Origin: Promethearchaeota archaeon
GTDB taxonomy: Archaea; Asgardarchaeota; Lokiarchaeia; Sigyniarchaeales; SOKP01
NCBI GenBank assembly: GCA_018238625.1
Contig: JABCSY010000046.1
Location: forward strand, 1 to 32,312
Direction: 5' to 3'
Length of the DNA: 32,312 bases
Both the position numbers and the translations under genes were made by a program. Below are positions 1 through 8,894 of the stretch, piece after piece. Every line of letters starts with the position of its first letter. The first letter of the stretch is position 1. Under the pieces are notes generated by a model. That model had not been told where the DNA came from, searched no databases, and saw only the letters and a program-made list of their open reading frames with translations.

Positions 1-579
1 ACAGGAAAAACTGAGGGTTTTGTTTTATATAATTTTGGTGATGGATTTCCTATTGTTCGAACACCCGACGATCTTGCAAAACCAATTGTATATTTAGGCT
101 CCATTGATTCAATCTCCGATTCGGATTCTATCGGGAAGCTTACAAAATTAGCAGTCGATAATTTTTGGCTCAAGAAAGCTAACAATATAGATAAATCCAG
201 AGAACTTTTAAAAGCATATTATAACAGGGTTATGTTTGCAAATATGTATTTTACATCGTTTAAAGAAGGATGGCAGACCGATCGCGGAATGATTTATATT
301 ATTTACGGATTACCCGATTACTTGTTTAAATCGGGCGAAGAAGAAAGATGGATTTATAATCCTACAGGAATCGGTACTGGAATAACTTTCACATTTAAAT
401 ATATTGAAAATCCTTTTAGTTTAAATCACTATTTATTAGATCGCGATAAATTAAAAACAACGGGTTGGGATGAGGCTATAAAAATGTGGAATAATGGAGA
501 AATATTTTATTTTCAATATGGGGTAATTGAATATTCACCTATTTTATTCAAGAATTGGAATTGGTATAAATTACCTTAA
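1..579 (+). CDS. GWxTD domain-containing protein, C-terminal part (5' truncated by window edge)
   Basis: Frame is open from base 1 (TGKTEGFVLYNFGDGFP...VDNFWLKK...AYYNRVMFANMYF). It contains EGWQTDRGMIYIIYGLPD and EERWIY, the GWxTD signature. Confidence 0.85.
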   Translation, partial: TGKTEGFVLYNFGDGFPIVRTPDDLAKPIVYLGSIDSISDSDSIGKLTKLAVDNFWLKKANNIDKSRELLKAYYNRVMFANMYFTSFKEGWQTDRGMIYIIYGLPDYLFKSGEEERWIYNPTGIGTGITFTFKYIENPFSLNHYLLDRDKLKTTGWDEAIKMWNNGEIFYFQYGVIEYSPILFKNWNWYKLP

Positions 580-658
580 TTATTAGAGAAACGTGTAGAA
601 AGGAGTTGGGATTAATAAAAGACGAAAGAGATTGTATGTAGGGTGTGGAAAATTTTTT

Positions 659-764
659 TGGCGGACTCAAAGGGATTTGAACCCTCGATCTACGACTCTC
701 TTCGTATGAATAACAATCCATAACTTAGAAGGCCGTCGCGCTATCCAGGCTACGCCATGAGTCC
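659..764 (-). tRNA. tRNA-Arg(TCT) with a 28-nt intron at position 37/38 (intron 698-725) and encoded CCA
   Basis: Reverse complement reads GGACTCA TG GCGT AGCCTGGATA GCGC G ACGGC CT-TCT-A [intron] A GTCGT AGATC GAGGG TTCAAAT CCCTT TGAGTCC G CCA. All stems pair. A bulge-helix-bulge is present (CUUC/GAAG helix, UAA and AGA bulges). Confidence 0.95.
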
Positions 765-953
765 ACATTATCAAACAGAGTCAATTTTGACTTGATATAG
801 GTAATATTTGATTGTCATAAAAAAAATTGACACTGTTCTTCTTTTTTCCTTCAAAATAAAAAACCTTTCGATATTTTTGAATTATATTTTTGAATTTTCC
901 TTACACAAAAATTATTATAAGTCTATTATAACACATATAATAAGGGAATTTAT

Positions 954-1172
954 ATGAAAATGATGTCCAAATGTTTGACTACATTGCTGAATTTAAATCG
1001 TAAACGTAGAGCAATTTCACCATTAATTTCCACGGTGTTATTAATTGGTCTTGTAGTATTCGCTGGTGCTATTGTTGCTGTTGTTCTATTCTCGACAAAA
1101 CACTTGGCTTTGATTAACATTTTCATTTGCTGCCAATATCGTTTAATACCAGGAAGCCTTTTAACTTTATGA
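954..1172 (+). pseudogene. Archaeal type IV pilin/archaellin-like N-terminus (class III signal peptide), apparently truncated after about position 1091
   Basis: KRRA|ISPLISTVLLIGLVVFAGAIVAVVLF fits a class III signal peptide. The remaining ~26 aa are not pilin-like and read as the antisense of another ORF. Confidence 0.7.
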
Positions 1173-1213
1173 TATATATTCCATTTCTCTTTTAGTTGGG
1201 AATGATATTTTAT
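1091..1213 (-). other. Possible 5' fragment of a gene starting at ATA (IKYHSQLKEKWNIYHKVKRLPGIKRYWQQMKMLIKAKCFVE...)
   Basis: GAGAGG SD-like motif lies 6 nt before ATA at 1213, just downstream of the 1229-1462 gene. The frame stays open through the antisense of the pilin gene to a stop at 950-952. Confidence 0.35.
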
Positions 1214-1228
1214 ATTATTCCTCTCTAT

Positions 1229-1462
1229 TCAAGTCTGATACACATTATAACCAATGTCCGTTGGGGATTTTGGTTTTAATTCATCAAGGTTTACTATTTG
1301 AGTTCTATGTCCGCGATGTGTTTTCTCAAATTGCTGTAATAATTGTATAGCTTTATAATTATTAACGTTGATAATGCAATATACATGGCAATCGAAACAA
1401 GCTCTCACTCTTGTTTTTTTTAGGTTATTATTAGTTGATTCATTCAGATCCAATTTCATCAT
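1229..1462 (-). CDS. Small putative zinc-binding protein, CxxC-x23-HxxH family (copy 2)
   Basis: RVRACFDC...FEKTHRGHRTQIVNLDEL aligns without gaps to the 2002-2172 ORF. Confidence 0.8.
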   Translation of the reverse strand: MMKLDLNESTNNNLKKTRVRACFDCHVYCIINVNNYKAIQLLQQFEKTHRGHRTQIVNLDELKPKSPTDIGYNVYQT

Positions 1463-1592
1463 TCTCTTTTTTATGTTTTTCTACTGTATCACATCTCAGC
1501 AGTATAAACATTTACAATAACTAAGAATAACTTTCAACTTTCAGTATTGATCTCGTTAAAAATTTAAATATTTACAAATAAGAAAAAATAGA

Positions 1593-1982
1593 TTATTTTA
1601 AAGAATTATTAATCTCATCCAAGAGAGAATCAAAATCTAATATTCTATCTTTTAACTCTTTAAGACTTAATTGAAAATCTCCTATAGCTTTTTTAACCTG
1701 CTCATTTAAATATTCTTCCCTTTTTAATAAATCTCTTAGCATTTTGTTTGAATTTTCTAAGTAAGATTCGAAATCTTTTTGACGAAGAGCTTTTTTCATT
1801 AATAAATTTATATCTTCAGTTATTTTTTTCAATCTTTCTCCTTGATAGAGAATTCTATTCATCATAAACATTGATCGAACATCTAAGTACTCCCCCAATG
1901 TTTTATTATGGTTAATCATTATATTTTTTAGCGTTTTCAAGGCATTGATTAGAGATAAAACAATTTCTTTATTCATTTTCAT
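1593..1982 (-). CDS. Hypothetical coiled-coil/helical protein
   Basis: 129 aa rich in L/K/E/N with heptad-like spacing. It lies on the same strand, 19 nt after the upstream ORF. Confidence 0.7.
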   Translation of the reverse strand: MKMNKEIVLSLINALKTLKNIMINHNKTLGEYLDVRSMFMMNRILYQGERLKKITEDINLLMKKALRQKDFESYLENSNKMLRDLLKREEYLNEQVKKAIGDFQLSLKELKDRILDFDSLLDEINNSLK

Positions 1983-2001
1983 CTCCTTTTTCTTCTTATT
2001 T

Positions 2002-2172
2002 TTATAAAAAAGGTTTCCACTCTCCTATATTCATTATTTCTTCTTTATTTACAATCTGAAAAGGATGACTTGAATGTAATGAATCGAATTTTCCCAATTG
2101 TTCCTTATTCAAATAATCATTTTCAAGAATCGGTATATATTCACGGCACATAAAACATACTTTTACTCGCAT
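2002..2172 (-). CDS. Small putative zinc-binding protein, CxxC-x23-HxxH family (copy 1; 56 aa, not in ORF track)
   Basis: Translates as MRVKVCFMCREYIPILENDYLNKEQLGKFDSLHSSHPFQIVNKEEIMNIGEWKPFL*. A strong SD (GGGGAGGT) precedes the ATG. Paralogous to 1229-1462. Confidence 0.85.
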   Translation of the reverse strand: MRVKVCFMCREYIPILENDYLNKEQLGKFDSLHSSHPFQIVNKEEIMNIGEWKPFL

Positions 2173-2200
2173 TAAATTTATACCTCCCCTTCTTTAACAA

Positions 2201-2728
2201 TTAAACATAACCTTCAAATTTTATTATAGATCTCGTTAAAAATTCAAAAATCTTATCGACATTTTCTCCAGTTTTAGAGGAGCATTCGAAATTCTTAACG
2301 ATTTTATATTTTTTTGAGATTTTTTTAGCAGATCTTCGAGATATCATTCGCTCTTTATGGAGGTCTAACTTTCCACCAACCATTAATATAGGAATTTTCT
2401 TTTTTTCATTAGATAAACTGTCATTGAATAATGTTAACCATTTTTCTACGTTTTTTATACTGGAATAATTAGCGATATCATACATAAAAATACCTCCTGA
2501 TACGCCCCTCATAAAAATGGGGAAAATAAATTGAAATTGAGGGCCACTTCTAAGATTCCAAATTTGAAGTGTAATTTTAGATGAATTTATTGTAAAATTT
2601 TTTATCGCAATATCTATGCATATTGGTGGCTTTGCTTTCTTTTTTTGAATACCTGCTTGGGTTAACGAAGTTTTTCCAACATTTCTATCTCCAAAAAGAC
2701 ATATTTTGTAGATTAACTCCTTGCTCAT
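2201..2728 (-). CDS. Rab/Ras-like small GTPase with degenerate G2/G3 motifs
   Basis: G1 GDRNVGKTS, G4 GGKLDL, G5 ECSSKTGENV and KITLQIW are present. G3 reads WNLRSG rather than WDxxG. Confidence 0.9.
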   Translation of the reverse strand: MSKELIYKICLFGDRNVGKTSLTQAGIQKKKAKPPICIDIAIKNFTINSSKITLQIWNLRSGPQFQFIFPIFMRGVSGGIFMYDIANYSSIKNVEKWLTLFNDSLSNEKKKIPILMVGGKLDLHKERMISRRSAKKISKKYKIVKNFECSSKTGENVDKIFEFLTRSIIKFEGYV

Positions 2729-3085
2729 TTCTTACACCTTTAGTTTTGAGTGCATTCAGTAATTTAGCTAAAATTTATTATTCTTATAGACCTTTCTATA
2801 AACTCATCGATATAATAATCATACCGACAAAATTTTTAATTTTAATGTTTATATTGTTCCTTATAAAGTTCCTTATAAGGATAGTAAAATAGTTTTACTA
2901 ATCTAATTTAAATCTTCATTTTTTAGTCTTTTTCTTTAAATAATCGTATAAATCTTAGAATAGTGCAGCAATAATTTTTTTTTGAAAAAAATTAAAAATA
3001 AGTAATTGAGTAAATCTTAACTTTTAATCTTTTTATTTTTTTCGTTTATTCTTTAATTTCCCTCATGATCTATAGTAGTTCCATA

Positions 3086-4552
3086 TCATAAGAGATTTCG
3101 TCGGGTTAGAACGGGAGCATCTGATAGGATTTTATATCCTGACTGTACTGCTAAGCGCGGTAAGGCTAAGCGAAAATTGACATACCACGACGATTCAAAC
3201 GCAGTCGGCTTCATAATTAAATCGGGGCGTCCCAATTTATACGCTGTTAGTGCTTTCAAGAGTTCTATTATATAAATTATTGAGCGAAATTTTATCGCCG
3301 CGCCCATTCCTCGGGTATTCATCCGATAAGCGTTGTAAAACGTATTATTATAGGAGTTTCCTTGCTCAATCATCGGTCGAAAGCTATAGATCTTCAGAAA
3401 ATAGTCGTCTGACCATCCATTTGGGATAAAGTCAGTATTAAAAAAGAATCCTTTTTTTAACTCCCTTATCGGATGGGTTTTGATGTTCTTTCTTGACCGA
3501 ATAATTGGTACTAATCCTTTAGACCGCGTATTTTCCATATTCTGTAGTGAATATGGTCCCGAATCTGCTATGAGCACCTGCCATTCGTATTCTGTATGAG
3601 TAAAAAATCCCTCCATTGTTTCTCTAAACGCAAGAATATCGTTCCGATTACCAGCAAACATCTTAAAGAATATAGGAAACCAGCGATTAAAACAATGAGC
3701 GTATAATATTCCAGGGTCGTAACCCACACCCTTTTTTACACCATTATGTCTACAATAGCCCGCATCGGGATCGTTATATTTCGTGTTTCCTTTCTTTTTA
3801 TTATTGCTACAATTGGAGCGTATGAATTGTCCATCCCAGATGAGGATTCTTGGAACAATTATCCCACAATCAACACATTCCTTCACTAATAGTTGAAAAA
3901 ACTCAAACAACGCTTCAGGAGGGATTTTAGTCATTACATAACTGATATCCTGTGCTTTTGGAAAGAAATTGGGGTCGTGAGTAATGTTGAATAAGGGAGG
4001 ATAAGGGAGAAACTTACCCATTCTTTCTATACCGGAGTAATTCTTGAAGCCCAGATTGATCCGCAACATTTCGTAAGCTAGCACGTCTTCAATAAACATG
4101 TCTTTAAAAGAAACGCCGTTATTTTCAAGCCTTCCTTGTAATTCTTGGAAAAAGCTAAAGTCGTTAAATTCAAACAGGTTTTCAAATACCCCGTTAAACC
4201 CTTTAAGATATCGATGCATATCCCATTCCTTTTTAGAGATCACTCCCATTCCAAACTCTTCAAAACGAGGGATCTTAACGCGAGAGAACCTATATAAATA
4301 CTTGTCTTTTAGTTTGGACTCCCAATCTATGAAATCTTGTATTCTTTTCTGGGATTTGGGTATGGAGCTCGTAGTTGGAGCCCTCCTTTTACCCCAAGTG
4401 GGATGGATGGGAATCCATCGAAATTTTTTTCGGGCGTTTCTGTAATCTTTTGGAACACTCATGTCGTATTTTTCGATGGATTTTAATCTAATAAAGTCCG
4501 TCAATTGCGTTTGATAAATACTGGGTTTAATTTTATATAGGATTATTATCAT
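3086..4552 (-). mobile_element. DDE transposase, IS4/IS5-like clan (likely true start Met at 4462); element ends not defined
   Basis: LIWDGQFIRSN (D1), NDPDAGY, LIADSGPYS (D2) and YSFRPMIEQ (Y-x2-R-x3-E). Confidence 0.8.
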
Positions 4553-4841
4553 AACGAGTCAGTTTTAAGATCTATAATAAACTATTAGGTAATCGCCTAT
4601 TTATTCTTTTTGGTTAAGGTTTAAGCTAATAAAAGCTTAATCAAGTTTATTTTCTTCTAAACCTTTTTCTAAATAAATTATCTCTTAGGGAGTATGGTTT
4701 CAACTCCTAATTTTAATAATAATTGCTTGCTCAAAGGATGTCTCAAATCGCACGACATAAATCTAATAGGTATAGAAGCATTATAAAGGAAGTAATTAAT
4801 AATAGAATAAGTAAAAGAATTAAAAGTTAAAATTCACTCAA

Positions 4842-7800
4842 TTACTTCTTAAGTTTCCTTTTGGCAAGGATTAAAGTTACACCGAGAGTAACACCAATTA
4901 GAGCGATTAGGTTATATCCGGGAATGCCAGGAGGGATTGGTCCTGGGGTTGTTCTTTTTGTTATCGTTATTGAACTTTGACCAACATTTCCGGCTTCGTC
5001 TTTCGCATAGAATCTTAGAGTTACATGCCCATCTGAAAGACTATCCCAAGCATCCTGACCTATTGCTCCCGTCAATTCCGAAATAGAGTAATTAGTTTGA
5101 CCATCATCTAACGAATACCAGAATGAATATAGGGAAGTTTCATCTATAGTAATACTATAAATTGGAGGATAATCAACAAAAATGTCCCCTAATTCAGGTT
5201 CGTTGATTGTAATTACGGGGGCAATTAAGTCTTTATTTACGCTAACTTCCGAAAAAGCCTCGTTATCACCTTTATCCCTAATATAGAATCGTATAGTAAC
5301 TATACCATCGGCGAATTTATCCCATTCTGTTTGATCAATAGTACCTGTGAACTCTGTGAACGATGTTGTAGTGATCCCATTATCTAATGTATACCACATC
5401 GTATCGATATTTGGTTCTACCACGGATATATCATACTGTGGGGGTTGCAATCCAAAAAAATCGTCTGTTTTAGGGTTATTAATGGTAATGAGAGGGATAT
5501 TTATATCCTTCCATACGGTAATTTCTGCGAAACCTTCATTACCGCCTTCATCCTTGGCGTAGAACCTAATTATTATGGATCCATTTCCATGACTGTCCCA
5601 TTCGGATTGATCGATGGTTCCTGTGAAGCTAGTGATGGTAATGTTAGTCACACCACCATTCAAAGTGTACCAATAGGAATCCAAGTTTGATTCGAAGATC
5701 GAAATATCATATTCCGGAGATGAGTGTCCAAAAACATCCCCAGCACTCGGTGAATTTATCGTAATGAGTGCAATCGTGAGATCTTTAACTACTAATACAT
5801 CAGTAAAGGATTCATGCCCTAGGCTATCGTTCGCATAAAATCGGATGGGTATCGTTCCACTGCCTTTAGTTTCCCATTCTGCTTGATCGAGGGTTCCTGT
5901 AAGAGTATAAAGTGGTAAGACCGTCATCCCGTAATCAAATGAATACCAGATTGAATCAAGGTTAAACTCTTCTATAGATAAATCATAATTTGGAACATTA
6001 AACCCAAAGATATCATCATCTTGAGGAGAATTAATAGTAATTATCGGACCGAGGACATCCTTGTGAATCTTCACTGATGCTTGGCCAATATTACCCGTAC
6101 TATCATTAGCATAGAAGATGATGGTCAATGTTCCGTTTCCGAATTTATTCCATTCTGTTTGATCAATAGTACCTGTGAACTCTGTGAATAATGTCGTAGT
6201 GATCCCATTATCTAATGTATACCACATCGTATCGATATTTGGTTCTGCCACGGATATATCATACTGTGGGGATTGCAATTCAAAAATATCGTTTGTGATT
6301 GGAGCATTAATGGTAATGAGAGGAAAATTTATATCCTTCCTTACAATTATCTCAGCAAAACCTTCGTTTCCCCCCTCATCTCTAGCGTAAAATATTATAG
6401 TGACAGTACCGTTTCCTTGTTTATTCCATTCAATTTGATCAATAGTTCCGATTAAGCTGCCAAATGTAATGTTAGTAGCACCAGAATCAAGAGTAAACCA
6501 CATGGACTCAAGATTCGATTCAATAACAGTTAAATTGAAATCAGGAGGAATGCTTCCAAAGAGCTCATTAACACTAGGTGAGTTGATAGAAACGATTGGT
6601 GAAATAAGGTCTTTAACCACTATTACTTCGGAAAAATCCACATTTCCTAACGAATCGTTTGCATAAAACCTAATAGGGACCGTTCCCCCTCCCTTTTTCA
6701 CCCATTCAGTTTGATCGATAGTTCCAGCTGAGCCACTGAACGATATATTAATGTTTCCATAATCTAATGTGTACCAAGTAGAATCTATCTCATGCTCAAG
6801 TATTGTTAAATCGAAAGTTGGGGCATCCACTCCACATACTTGATTTTCACTCGGGGAATTAATAGTAATTAAAGGAGATAAAATATCCTTTCTAACCGTT
6901 ACTTCAGCTTGCCCTTCATTTCCCAATGAATTATTCGCATAGAAAGTAATAGTCACTGTCCCATTGCCTTGTTTATCCCATTCGGTTTGGTCTATTGTTC
7001 CAGTTGTTTCGTTTGAATAAACATTGGTAGAGCCTCCATCGAGCGAGTACCACGTAAAATCATAATCAGGATCATCAATATTTATGTTAAAATCAGGAGC
7101 TATAGTACCATAGAGGTTGTTAGAAATCGGAGAAATAATACTTATATCTAGTCCTAGTGTATTTCTATATTTCAATAGTAATATATCGTATCCACCAGCA
7201 CTGTCTGTTTCTGTGTTCCCTGCTATGTATATATTTCCAATTGAATCCATACATAACCCGGGAGTAGCATCAAATTCTGTTCCTGCCCAGTATTTATACC
7301 AATTTTGATTACCTGAAGTGTCATAGTTAAGTAATAATGCATCATAGTTATTGGGAATACCGTATGATTTTGTACACCCCGAAATATAGAGATCATCTTT
7401 GTCATCTATGATTATTCTATAGAAATAATTACCATATTCGCCGTTTACACCCCATATCCGTTCCCATTGATAGTTTCCATCTGCATCATACTTAAGAAGA
7501 TGACCTTTACCGCTTGAAGCGGGATGCCCAAAAGTGTGTCCTGTAATGTAAACGTTATCATTTGAATCTAAAGCTAAACTACTCCCTCTTTGAGCGAACG
7601 AGGTTCCCCAAGTTCTCTCCCATTGATAATTTCCATCCAAATCATATTTAAGTAGAACAACATCAGAACTTCCTGGAGAAGCAACACTGTCAGAATGTCC
7701 CACTGCATAAAGATAATTATTTGAACCAATCTCTGCTTTATTTGCTATGTCTTGATCACTTCCCCCCCATGTAACATTCCATTGTTCTTCAAAAATACTG

Positions 7801-8402
7801 TTAAATTTGATTATCAATGCATCACCATCTACATCTCCAAAGCTACTGGTTAGACCTGAAACATAATAATTGCCTAATGAGTCCTCAAAGATATGCATCC
7901 CATAATCATATTCTGGACCTCCCCACGTTATATTAAAGATTTCATTACCCATTGTATCAAAATTTATAATTACTACATCTCCATCAGTATCACCTAAACT
8001 TTTTGTAAAACCAACAATATAGATGTTATCAGAAGCATCAATATATATATCATTGCCTCTATCATCATTATTTCCCCCCCAAGTTTTAACCCACATTTCT
8101 TGTCCATTGATACTATACTTTGAAAGAATTATATCACAAATATCTGAGCCTGTTGTATCGGTGGACCCTACTAGATAGACATAATTTTGGGAATCTGTTG
8201 CGACTTCCGCGCCATAATCATTATAAATACTCCCCCATGTTGAATTCCAAGCATATTCATAGTCTTCTGCAGAACTATTGCTTTTAAGAAAATTATACTT
8301 GATGTCATCAGAATATTGATTTGAAAAAAATATTCCAAAGGAAAAGCCTAACATCAACAGGAGAAGAATAAGCATGTTATACATTATTTTTTTGTTTTTA
8401 AT
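4842..8402 (-). CDS. Loki-CTERM-anchored surface protein A: 7-bladed beta-propeller (SBBP-like repeats) plus 8 Ig-like ~92-aa repeats. Start ATG 8384 or ATT 8402.
   Basis: N-terminal hydrophobic signal; seven WxxTWG-type repeats; eight P-x-I-T-I-N-S-P...WYxLD...GTIDQxEW...FYAxD repeats; C-terminus PPGIPGYNL-TM-KRKLKK; many N-x-S/T sequons. Confidence 0.9.
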   Translation of the reverse strand: MKNKKIMYNMLILLLLMLGFSFGIFFSNQYSDDIKYNFLKSNSSAEDYEYAWNSTWGSIYNDYGAEVATDSQNYVYLVGSTDTTGSDICDIILSKYSINGQEMWVKTWGGNNDDRGNDIYIDASDNIYIVGFTKSLGDTDGDVVIINFDTMGNEIFNITWGGPEYDYGMHIFEDSLGNYYVSGLTSSFGDVDGDALIIKFNSIFEEQWNVTWGGSDQDIANKAEIGSNNYLYAVGHSDSVASPGSSDVVLLKYDLDGNYQWERTWGTSFAQRGSSLALDSNDNVYITGHTFGHPASSGKGHLLKYDADGNYQWERIWGVNGEYGNYFYRIIIDDKDDLYISGCTKSYGIPNNYDALLLNYDTSGNQNWYKYWAGTEFDATPGLCMDSIGNIYIAGNTETDSAGGYDILLLKYRNTLGLDISIISPISNNLYGTIAPDFNINIDDPDYDFTWYSLDGGSTNVYSNETTGTIDQTEWDKQGNGTVTITFYANNSLGNEGQAEVTVRKDILSPLITINSPSENQVCGVDAPTFDLTILEHEIDSTWYTLDYGNINISFSGSAGTIDQTEWVKKGGGTVPIRFYANDSLGNVDFSEVIVVKDLISPIVSINSPSVNELFGSIPPDFNLTVIESNLESMWFTLDSGATNITFGSLIGTIDQIEWNKQGNGTVTIIFYARDEGGNEGFAEIIVRKDINFPLITINAPITNDIFELQSPQYDISVAEPNIDTMWYTLDNGITTTLFTEFTGTIDQTEWNKFGNGTLTIIFYANDSTGNIGQASVKIHKDVLGPIITINSPQDDDIFGFNVPNYDLSIEEFNLDSIWYSFDYGMTVLPLYTLTGTLDQAEWETKGSGTIPIRFYANDSLGHESFTDVLVVKDLTIALITINSPSAGDVFGHSSPEYDISIFESNLDSYWYTLNGGVTNITITSFTGTIDQSEWDSHGNGSIIIRFYAKDEGGNEGFAEITVWKDINIPLITINNPKTDDFFGLQPPQYDISVVEPNIDTMWYTLDNGITTTSFTEFTGTIDQTEWDKFADGIVTIRFYIRDKGDNEAFSEVSVNKDLIAPVITINEPELGDIFVDYPPIYSITIDETSLYSFWYSLDDGQTNYSISELTGAIGQDAWDSLSDGHVTLRFYAKDEAGNVGQSSITITKRTTPGPIPPGIPGYNLIALIGVTLGVTLILAKRKLKK
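5312..6271. repeat. Near-identical 132-bp intragenic direct repeat (5312-5443 and 6140-6271; offset 828 bp = three Ig repeats)
   Basis: Manual alignment shows 5 mismatches in 132 nt. Confidence 0.9.
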
Positions 8403-8415
8403 TTTTCATCACTTC

Positions 8416-8469
8416 TTTGATTTTTGTCAAAATAGTTATTGAATAAATAGGGTTAGCTTCTATTTATAC
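8416..8469 (-). promoter_or_regulatory. Promoter/leader shared with surface protein B (13221-13275)
   Basis: tttgatttttgtcaaaat(a/c)gttatt is 24/25 identical at 8416-8440 and 13221-13245. A TATAAATA box lies upstream on the minus strand in both. Confidence 0.7.
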
Positions 8470-8577
8470 TTTATTTAGAAGAGGAATATAAAAGAATCGT
8501 ACCCTTACTTACAATGATATTACGGAAAATAGCCTATTTTACCCGTTTTAGGATGTGCTAATTTTTTGATTTACCAA

Positions 8578-8835
8578 TTAGGAAGAATAAAAAAAGGCAA
8601 ACCAAGATAAAATCGGGAAACTGATCAAAGTTAGGAAAATTATCGCATTTATGACATAATAGTCTGCAGAGCTAATTGCCGGAAGGAACAGATCACCGAT
8701 CCCATCAAAGCTATACATTATTTCGGTTTGAATTAAAAAAGCTAATACGATTCCATAACTAAATCCAACTAATAGTTTGAACTCTCTGGTGGAATGCTTT
8801 TCTGAAGCTTCTTTTGATAAATTTATAAGATACAT
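8578..8835 (-). CDS. Small two-TM membrane protein, possibly a gene fragment
   Basis: Two hydrophobic segments. It reads like the C-terminal part of a larger multi-TM protein. Confidence 0.45.
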   Translation of the reverse strand: MYLINLSKEASEKHSTREFKLLVGFSYGIVLAFLIQTEIMYSFDGIGDLFLPAISSADYYVINAIIFLTLISFPILSWFAFFYSS

Positions 8836-8894
8836 GCGTACTAATAAAGTTGTTATTGCTGTAAGTTTTTCAACAAATTAAACATCCATTTTCG

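Noticed and set aside
2623-2892. 89-aa plus-strand ORF
   Set aside because: Overlaps the GTPase start in antisense and runs into AT-rich promoter DNA; no recognisable motif.
4098-4445. 115-aa ORF antisense to the transposase
   Set aside because: Shadow ORF with no independent support.
3067-4702. Candidate transposon ends: gatctata direct repeat (3067/4569) and an atctctta...tatgg inverted similarity (about 3080-3095 and 4680-4697)
   Set aside because: Too short or gapped for AT-rich DNA, and the two candidates are mutually inconsistent.
5312-6271. Possible DGR template/variable repeat pair
   Set aside because: No reverse transcriptase in the window, both copies lie in the stalk of one ORF, and the differences are not confined to adenines of one copy.
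5347-7405. Several short ORFs inside surface protein A, two of them mutually similar
   Set aside because: Antisense or alternate-frame shadows; their similarity only reflects the 828-bp-offset repeat.
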